DNA from: Antedon mediterranea
Taxonomy: Eukaryota; Animalia; Echinodermata
Direction: 5' to 3'
Assembly (NCBI RefSeq): GCF_964355755.1
Contig: NC_092677.1
Span: forward strand, 21,315,175-21,379,174
DNA length: 64,000 nucleotides
Every line of letters starts with the position of its first letter. Position 1 is the stretch's first letter. Both the position numbers and the translations under genes were made by a program. Positions 54,401 through 64,000 of the stretch are shown here, piece after piece. The notes beneath the pieces are model-generated. The model saw only the letters and a list, made by a program, of their open reading frames with translations, ran no database searches and was not told the DNA's origin.

Positions 54401-57400
54401 TTCGATGAAACTTGGTTACACAAAAACATCAAAGTGCTTAAAATCACATTTTGAGCATTTCGTTAAAACTTTTCACACAAAAACATCAAAGTCCACAAAA
54501 TAGCTTAATATCGTATTTAAAAACGTTTTAGACCATTTTGAGCATTTCGAAAAAACTTTTCCACAGAAAACATCAAAGTTTACAAAATAGCTTCAAATCG
54601 CATTTGGAGACGTTTTAGACCATTTTGTGATTTTCGAAAAAACTTGTTAACATAAAAACACCAAAGTGCTCAGAATACCTTCAAATCGTGTTTTGAGACG
54701 TTTTAGACCATTTTGTAATTTTCGAAAAAACTTGTTAACATAAAAACACCAAAGTGCTCAGAATACCTTCACATCGCATTTTGAGACGTTTTAGACCATT
54801 TTGTGATTTTCGAAAAAACTTGTTAACATAAAAACACCAAAGTACTTAGAAAAGCTTGAAATCGCATTTGGAGACGTTTTAGACCATTTTGTGCATTTCG
54901 ATGAAACTTGGTTACACAAAAACATCAAAGTGCTTAAAATCACATTTTGAGCATTTCGTTAAAACTTTTCACACAAAAACATCAAAGAGTAATAAATAGC
55001 TCAATATCGTATTTAAAAACGTTTTAGACCATTTTGAGCATTTCGACAAAATTTTTTCAAACAAAACATTAAAGTGTACAGAATAGCTTTAAATCGCATT
55101 TGGAGACGTTTTAGACCATTTTGTTCATTTCGATGAAACAAAAACACAAAAACATCAAATTGCACAAAATGGCTTAATATGATATGGGAAAACGTTTTAG
55201 ACCATTTTGAACATTTCGTTAAAAGTTTTCACACAAAAATATCAAAGTCCACAAAATAGCTTAATATCGTATTTAAAAACGTTTTAGACCATTTTGAGCA
55301 TTTCGAAAAAACTTTTTCACACAAAACATCAAAGTTTACAAAATAGCTTCAAATCGCATTTGGAGACGTTTTAGACCATTTTGTGATTTTCGAAAAAACT
55401 TGTTAACATAAAAACACCAAAGTGCTCAGAATACCTTCAAATCGCATTTTGAGACGTTTTAGACCATTTTGTGATTTTCGAAAAAACTTGTTAACATAAA
55501 AACACCAAAGTGCTCAGAATACCTTCAAATCGCATTTGGAGACGTTTTAGACCATTTTGTGATTTTCGTAAAAACTTGTTAACATAAAAACACCAAAGTG
55601 CTTAGAAAAGTTTCAAATCGCATTTGGAGACGTTTTAGACCATTTTGTTCATTTCGATGAAACTTGGTTACACAAAAACATCAAATTGCACAAAATGGCT
55701 TAATATGGTATGGGAAAACGTTTTAGACCATTTTGAACATTTCGAGAAAACTTTTTCACACAAAACTTCAAAGTGTACAGAATAGCTTCAAATCGCATTA
55801 GAAACCGTTTTAGACCATTTTGAGCATTTCGAAAAAACTTTTTCACACAAAACATCAAAGTTTACAAAATAGCTTCAAATCACATTTGGAGACGTTTTAG
55901 ACCATTTTGTGATTTTCAAAAAAACTTGTTAACATAAAAACACCAAAGTGCTCAGGATACCTTCAAATCGCATTTTGAGACGTTTTAGACCATTTTGTGA
56001 TTTTCGGAAAAACTTGTTAACATAAAAACACCAAAGTGCTCAGAATACCTTCAAATCGTATTTTGAGACGTTTTAGACAATTTTGTGATTTTCGAAAAAA
56101 CTTGTTAACATAAAAACACCAAAGTGCTTAGAAAAGCTTAAAAAACGCATTTGGAGACGTTTTAGACCATTTTGTGCATTTCGATGAAACTTGGTTACAC
56201 AAAAACATCAAAGTGTACAGAATAGCTTCAAATCGCATTAGAAACCGTTTTAGACCATTTTGAGCATTTCGAAAAAACTTTTTCACACAAAACATCAAAG
56301 TGTACAAAATAGCTTCAAATCGCATTTGGAGACGTTTTAGACAATTTTGTGATTTTCGAAAAAACTTGTTTACATAAAAACACCAAAGTGCTCAGAATAG
56401 CTTCCAATCGCATTTTGAGACGTTTTAGACCCTTTTGTGCATTTCGATGAAACTTGGTTACACAAAAACATCAAAGTGCTTAAAATCACAGTAGAAACCG
56501 TTTTAGACCATTTTGAGCATTTCGTTAAAATTTTTCACAGAAAAACATCAAAGAGCAAAAAATAGCTTAATATCGTATTTAAAAACGTTTTAGACCATTT
56601 TGAGCATTTCGACAAAACTTTTTCACACAAAACATCAAAGTGTACAGATAAGCTTCAAATCGCATTTGGAGACGTTTTAAACCATTTTGAGCATTTCGAT
56701 AAAATTTTACACACAAAAACATCAAAGTGCACAAAATAGCTTAATATGGTATTTAAAAACGTTTTAGACCATTTTGAGCATTTCAACAAAACTTTTTCTC
56801 ACAAAACATCAAGGTGTACAGAATAGCTTCAAATCGCATTTGGAGACGTTTTAGACCATTTTGTGCATTTCGATGAAACTTGGTTATACAAAAACATCAA
56901 AGTGCTTAAATTCACATTTTGAGCATTTCGTTAAAACTTTTCACACAAAAACATCAAAGTCCACAAAATAGCTTAATATCGTATTTAAAAACGTTTTAGA
57001 CCATTTTGAGAATTTCGAAAAAACTTTTTCACACAAAACATCAAAGTTTACAAAATAGCTTCAAATCGCATTTGGAGACGTTTTAGACCATTTTGTGATT
57101 TTCGAAAAAACTTGTTAACATAAAAACACCAAAGTGCTTAGAAAAGCTTCAAATCGCATTTGGAGACGTTTTAGACCATTTTTTGCATTTCGATGAAACT
57201 TGGTTACAAAAAAACATCAAAGTGCTTAAAATCACATTTTGAGCATTTCGTTAAAACTTTTCACACAAAAACATCAAAGTCCACAAAATAGCTTAATATC
57301 GTATTTAAAAACGTTTTAGACCATTTTGAGCATTTCGAAAAAACTTTTCCACAAAAAACATCAAAGTTTACAAAATAGCTTCAAATCGCATTTGGAGACG

Positions 57401-60400
57401 TTTTAGACCATTTTGTGATTTTCGAAAAAACTTGTTAACATAAAAATACCAAAGTGCTCAGAATACCTTCAAATCGTGTTTTGAGACGTTTTAGACCATT
57501 TTGTGATTTTCGAAAAAACTTAACATAAAAACACCAAAGTGCTCAGAATACCTTCAAATCGCATTTGGAGACGTTTTAGACCATTTTGTGATTTTGGAAA
57601 AAACTTGTTAACATAAAAACACCAAAGTGCTTAGAAAAGCTTCAAATCGCATTTGGAGACGTTTTAGACCCTTTTGTGCATTTCGATGAAACTTGGTTAC
57701 ACAAAAACATCAAAGTGCTTAAAATCACAGTAGAAACCGTTTTAGACCATTTTGAGCATTTCGTTAAAATTTTTCACAGAAAAACATCAAAGAGCAAAAA
57801 ATAGCTTAATATCGTATTTAAAAACGTTTTAGACCATTTTGAGCATTTCGACAAAACTTTTTCACACAAAACATCAAAGTGTACAGATAAGCTTCAAATC
57901 GCATTTGGAGACGTTTTAAACCATTTTGAGCATTTCGATAAAATTTTACACACAAAAACATCAAAGTGCACAAAATAGCTTAATATGGTATTTAAAAACG
58001 TTTTAGACCATTTTGAGCATTTCAACAAAACTTTTTCTCACAAAACATCAAAGTGTACAGAATAGCTTCAAATCGCATTTGGAGACGTTTTAGACCATTT
58101 TGTGCATTTCGATGAAACTTGGTTACACAAAAACATCAAAGTGCTTAAAATCACATTTTGAGCATTTCGTTAAAACTTTTCACACAAAAACATCAAAGTC
58201 CACAAAATAGCTTAATATCTTATTTAAAAACGTTTTAGACCATTTTGAGCATTTCGAAAAAACTTTTTCACACAAAACATCAAAGTTTACAAAATAGCTT
58301 CAAATCGCATTTGGAGACGTTTTAGACCATTTTGTGATTTTCGAAAAAACTTGTTAACATAAAAACACCAAAGTGCTCAGAATACCTTCAAATCGCATTT
58401 GGAGACGTTTTAGACCATTTTGTGATTTTCGAAAAAACTTGTTAACATAAAAACACCAAAGTGCTTAGAAAAGCTTCAAATCGCATTTGGAGACGTTTTA
58501 GACCATTTTTTGCATTTCGATGAAACTTGGTTACACAAAAACATCAAAGTGCTTAAAATCACATTTTGAGCATTTCGTTAAAACTTTTCACACAAAAACA
58601 TCAAAGTCCACAAAATAGCTTAATATCGTATTTAAAAACGTTTTAGACCATTTTGAGCATTTCGAAAAAACTTTTCCACACAAAACATCAAAGTTTACAA
58701 AATAGCTTCAAATCGCATTTGGAGACGTTTTAGACCATTTTGTGATTTTCGAAAAAACTTGTTAACATAAAAACACCAAAGTGCTCAGAATACCTTCAAA
58801 TCGCATTTGGAGACGTTTTAGACCATTTTGTGATTTTCGAAAAAACTTGTTAACATAAAAACACCAAAGTGCTTAGAAAAGCTTCAAATCGCATTTGGAG
58901 ACGTTTTAGACCATTTTTTGCATTTCGATGAAACTTGGTTACACAAAAACATCAAAGTGCTTAAAATCACATTTTGAGCATTTCGTTAAAACTTTTCACA
59001 CAAAAACATCAAAGTCCACAAAATAGCTTAATATCGTATTTAAAAACGTTTTAGACCATTTTGAGCATTTCGAAAAAACTTTTCCACACAAAACATCAAA
59101 GTTTACAAAATAGCTTCAAATCGCATTTGGAGACGTTTTAGACCATTTTGTGATTTTCGAAAAAACTTGTTAACATAAAAACACCAAAGTGCTCAGAATA
59201 CCTTCAAATCGTGTTTTGAGACGTTTTAGACCATTTTGTAATTTTCGAAAAAACTTGTTAACATAAAAACACCAAAGTGCTCAGAATACCTTCACATCGC
59301 ATTTTGAGACGTTTTAGACCATTTTGTGATTTTCGAAAAAACTTGTTAACATAAAAACACCAAAGTGCTTAGAAAAGCTTGAAATCGCATTTGGAGACGT
59401 TTTAGACCATTTTGTGCATTTCGATGAAACTTGGTTACACAAAAACATCAAAGTGCTTAAAATCACATTAGAAACCGTTTTAGACCATTTTGAGCATTTC
59501 GTTAAAACTTTTCACACAAAAACATCAAAGTCCACAAAATAGCTTAATATCGTATTTAAAAACGTTTTAGACCATTTTGAGCATTTCGAAAAAACTTTTC
59601 CACACAAAACATCAAAGTTTACAAAATAGCTTCAAATCGCATTTGGAGACGTTTTAGACCATTTTGTGATTTTCGAAAAAACTTGTTAACATAAAAACAC
59701 CAAAGTGCTCAGAATACCTTCAAATCGTATTTTGAGACGTTTTAGACAATTTTGTGATTTTCAAAAAAACTTGTTAACATAAAAACACCAAAGTGCTTAG
59801 AAAAGCTTCATATCGCATTTGGAGACGTTTTAGACCATTTTGTGCATTTCGATGAAACTTGGTTACACAAAAACATCAAAGTGCTTAAAATCACATTTTG
59901 AGCATTTCGTTAAAACTTTTCACACAAAAACATCAAAGAGCAAAAAATAGCTTAATATCGTATTTAAAAACGTTTTAGACCATTTTGAGAATTTCGACAA
60001 AACTTTTTCACACAAAACATCAAAGTGTACAAAATAGCTTCAAATCGCATTTGGAGACGTTTTAGACAATTTTGTGATTTTCGAAAAAACTTGTTTACAT
60101 AAAAACACCAAAGTGCTAAGAATAGCTTCCAATCGCATTTGGAGACGTTTTAGACCCTTTTGTGCATTTCGATGAAACTTGGTTACACAAAAACATCAAA
60201 GTGCTTAAAATCACATTAGAAACCGTTTTAGAACATTTTGAGCATTTCGTTAAAATTTTTCACAGAAAAACATCAAAGAGCAAAAAATAGCTTAATATCG
60301 TATTTAAAAACGTTTTAGACCATTTTGAGCATTTCGACAAAACTTTTTCACACAAAACAACAAAGTTTACAGAATAGCTTATAATCGCATTTGGAGACGT

Positions 60401-63400
60401 TTTAACCCATTTTGAGCATTTCGATAAAATTTTACACACAAAAACATCAAAGTGCACAAAATAGCTTAATATGGTATTTAAAAACGTTTTAGACCATTTT
60501 GAGCATTTCAACAAAACTTTTTCTCACAAAACATCAAAGTGTACAGAATAGCTTCAAATCGCATTTGGAGACGTTTTAGACCATTTTGTGCATTTCGATG
60601 AAACTTGGTTACACAAAAACATCAAAGTGCTTAAAATCACATTTTGAGCATTTCGTTAAAACTTTTCACACAAAAACATCAAAGTCCACAAAATAGCTTA
60701 ATATCGTATTTAAAAACGTTTTAGACCATTTTGAGCATTTCGAAAAAACTTTTCCACACAAAACATCAAAGTTTACAAAATAGCTTCAAATCGCATTTGG
60801 AGACGTTTTAGACCATTTTGTGATTTTCGAAAAAACTTGTTAACATAAAAACACCAAAGTGCTCAGAATACCTTCAAATCGCATTTTGAGACGTTTTAGA
60901 CCATTTTGTGATTTTCGAAAAAACTTGTTAACATAAAAATACCAAAGTGCTCAGAATACCTTCAAATCGTGTTTTGAGACGTTTTAGACCATTTTGTGTT
61001 TTTCGAAAAAACTTGTTAACATAAAAACACCAAAGTGCTCAGAATACCTTCAAATCGCATTTGGAGACGTTTTAGACCATTTTGTGATTTTGGAAAAAAC
61101 TTGTTAACATAAAAACACCAAAGTGCTTAGAAAAGCTTCAAATCGCATTTGGAGACGTTTTAGACCCTTTTGTGCATTTCGATGAAACTTGGTTACACAA
61201 AAACATCAAAGTGCTTAAAATCACAGTAGAAACCGTTTTAGACCATTTTGAGCATTTCGTTAAAATTTTTCACAGAAAAACATCAAAGAGCAAAAAATAG
61301 CTTAATATCGTATTTAAAAACGTTTTAGACCATTTTGAGCATTTCGACAAAACTTTTTCACACAAAACATCAAAGTGTACAGATAAGCTTCAAATCGCAT
61401 TTGGAGACGTTTTAAACCATTTTGAGCATTTCGATAAAATTTTACACACAAAAACATCAAAGTGCACAAAATAGCTTAATATGGTATTTAAAAACGTTTT
61501 AGACCATTTTGAGCATTTCAACAAAACTTTTTCTCACAAAACATCAAAGTGTACAGAATAGCTTCAAATCGCATTTGGAGACGTTTTAGACCATTTTGTG
61601 CATTTCGATGAAACTTGGTTACACAAAAACATCAAAGTGCTTAAAATCACATTTTGAGCATTTCGTTAAAACTTTTCACACAAAAACATCAAAGTCCACA
61701 AAATAGCTTAATATCTTATTTAAAAACGTTTTAGACCATTTTGAGCATTTCGAAAAAACTTTTTCACACAAAACATCAAAGTTTACAAAATAGCTTCAAA
61801 TCGCATTTGGAGACGTTTTAGACCATTTTGTGATTTTCGAAAAAACTTGTTAACATAAAAACACCAAAGTGCTCAGAATACCTTCAAATCGCATTTGGAG
61901 ACGTTTTAGACCATTTTGTGATTTTCGAAAAAACTTGTTAACATAAAAACACCAAAGTGCTTAGAAAAGCTTCAAATCGCATTTGGAGATGTTTTAGACC
62001 ATTTTGTGCATTTCGATGAAACTTGGTTACACAAAAACATCAAAGTGCTTAAAATCACATTTTGAGCATTTCGTTAAAACTTTTCACACAAAAACATCAA
62101 AGTCCACAAAATAGCTTAATATCGTATTTAAAAACGTTTTAGACCATTTTGAGCATTTCGAAAAAACTTTTCCACAGAAAACATCAAAGTTTACAAAATA
62201 GCTTCAAATCGCATTTGGAGACGTTTTAGACCATTTTGTGATTTTCGAAAAAACTTGTTAACATAAAAACACCAAAGTGCTCAGAATACCTTCAAATCGT
62301 GTTTTGAGACGTTTTAGACCATTTTGTAATTTTCGAAAAAACTTGTTAACATAAAAACACCAAAGTGCTCAGAATACCTTCACATCGCATTTTGAGACGT
62401 TTTAGACCATTTTGTGATTTTCGAAAAAACTTGTTAACATAAAAACACCAAAGTGCTTAGAAAAGCTTGAAATCGCATTTGGAGACGTTTTAGACCATTT
62501 TGTGCATTTCGATGAAACTTGGTTACACAAAAACATCAAAGTGCTTAAAATCACATTTTGAGCATTTCGTTAAAACTTTTCACACAAAAACATCAAAGAG
62601 TAATAAATAGCTCAATATCGTATTTAAAAACGTTTTAGACCATTTTGAGCATTTCGACAAAATTTTTTCAAACAAAACATTAAAGTGTACAGAATAGCTT
62701 TAAATCGCATTTGGAGACGTTTTAGACCATTTTGTTCATTTCGATGAAACAAAAACACAAAAACATCAAATTGCACAAAATGGCTTAATATGATATGGGA
62801 AAACGTTTTAGACCATTTTGAACATTTCGTTAAAAGTTTTCACACAAAAATATCAAAGTCCACAAAATAGCTTAATATCGTATTTAAAAACGTTTTAGAC
62901 CATTTTGAGCATTTCGAAAAAACTTTTTCACACAAAACATCAAAGTTTACAAAATAGCTTCAAATCGCATTTGGAGACGTTTTAGACCATTTTGTGATTT
63001 TCGAAAAAACTTGTTAACATAAAAACACCAAAGTGCTCAGAATACCTTCAAATCGCATTTGGAGACGTTTTAGACCATTTTGTGATTTTCGTAAAAACTT
63101 GTTAACATAAAAACACCAAAGTGCTTAGAAAAGTTTCAAATCGCATTTGGAGACGTTTTAGACCATTTTGTTCATTTCGATGAAACTTGGTTACACAAAA
63201 ACATCAAATTGCACAAAATGGCTTAATATGGTATGGGAAAACGTTTTAGACCATTTTGAACATTTCGAGAAAACTTTTTCACACAAAACTTCAAAGTGTA
63301 CAGAATAGCTTCAAATCGCATTAGAAACCGTTTTAGACCATTTTGAGCATTTCGAAAAAACTTTTTCACACAAAACATCAAAGTTTACAAAATAGCTTCA

Positions 63401-64000
63401 AATCACATTTGGAGACGTTTTAGACCATTTTGTGATTTTCAAAAAAACTTGTTAACATAAAAACACCAAAGTGCTCAGGATACCTTCAAATCGCATTTTG
63501 AGACGTTTTAGACCATTTTGTGATTTTCGGAAAAACTTGTTAACATAAAAACACCAAAGTGCTCAGAATACCTTCAAATCGTATTTTGAGACGTTTTAGA
63601 CAATTTTGTGATTTTCGAAAAAACTTGTTAACATAAAAACACCAAAGTGCTTAGAAAAGCTTAAAAAACGCATTTGGAGACGTTTTAGACCATTTTGTGC
63701 ATTTCGATGAAACTTGGTTACACAAAAACATCAAAGTGTACAGAATAGCTTCAAATCGCATTAGAAACCGTTTTAGACCATTTTGAGCATTTCGAAAAAA
63801 CTTTTTCACACAAAACATCAAAGTGTACAAAATAGCTTCAAATCGCATTTGGAGACGTTTTAGACAATTTTGTGATTTTCGAAAAAACTTGTTTACATAA
63901 AAACACCAAAGTGCTCAGAATAGCTTCCAATCGCATTTTGAGACGTTTTAGACCCTTTTGTGCATTTCGATGAAACTTGGTTACACAAAAACATCAAAGT

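Larger units (their letters stand above)
17753..64000. repeat. Same 87-88 bp satellite array, right of the insertion (runs off the window edge)
   Basis: Resumes in register (AAAAACATCAAAGAGC) within the monomer interrupted at 12886. Same subfamilies and orientation to the window end; I saw no other non-satellite sequence. Confidence 0.98.

Noticed and set aside
8813-63848. Recurrent 61-84 aa ORFs in the satellite (MRFEAILYTL.., MMFCVKKF.., MHFNETW.., MLKCSKW..)
   Set aside because: They are chance read-through of 87 bp (29-codon) monomers with no domain features. They are useful only as duplication markers.
1-64000. CRISPR-like appearance: a constant GTTTTAGA-starting core, reminiscent of type II repeats, separated by variable segments
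   Set aside because: The intervening segments are homologous to each other and recur many times rather than being unique spacers. There are no cas genes, and the context is eukaryotic (LINE, TIR transposon).

Overview
Eukaryotic (probably invertebrate animal) heterochromatic DNA. About 59 kb of the 64 kb is one AT-rich, head-to-tail satellite with an 87-88 bp monomer (core CGTTTTAGACCATTTTG). It is built from about four monomer subfamilies plus fixed deletion variants, arranged as irregular higher-order blocks and overlaid by kb-scale duplications. The clearest is a near-identical ~10,685 bp tandem duplication at ~21-42 kb. One 4,866 bp DNA transposon interrupts the array at 12887-17752. It has TAG...CTA ends, perfect 16 bp terminal inverted repeats extending into ~750 bp imperfect, internally repetitive arms, and a 3 bp AAA target-site duplication. 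It carries a 5'-deleted, frameshifted gene with an XPG/FEN1-type nuclease domain and a C-terminal Cys-rich CXC finger, which best fits the Academ (AcademX-type) superfamily. A 5'-truncated CR1/L2-group LINE fragment with a (TAAG)n tail is nested antisense in that gene. No intact host gene, RNA gene or CRISPR array is supported. Family assignments come from motif recognition; no database search was run.
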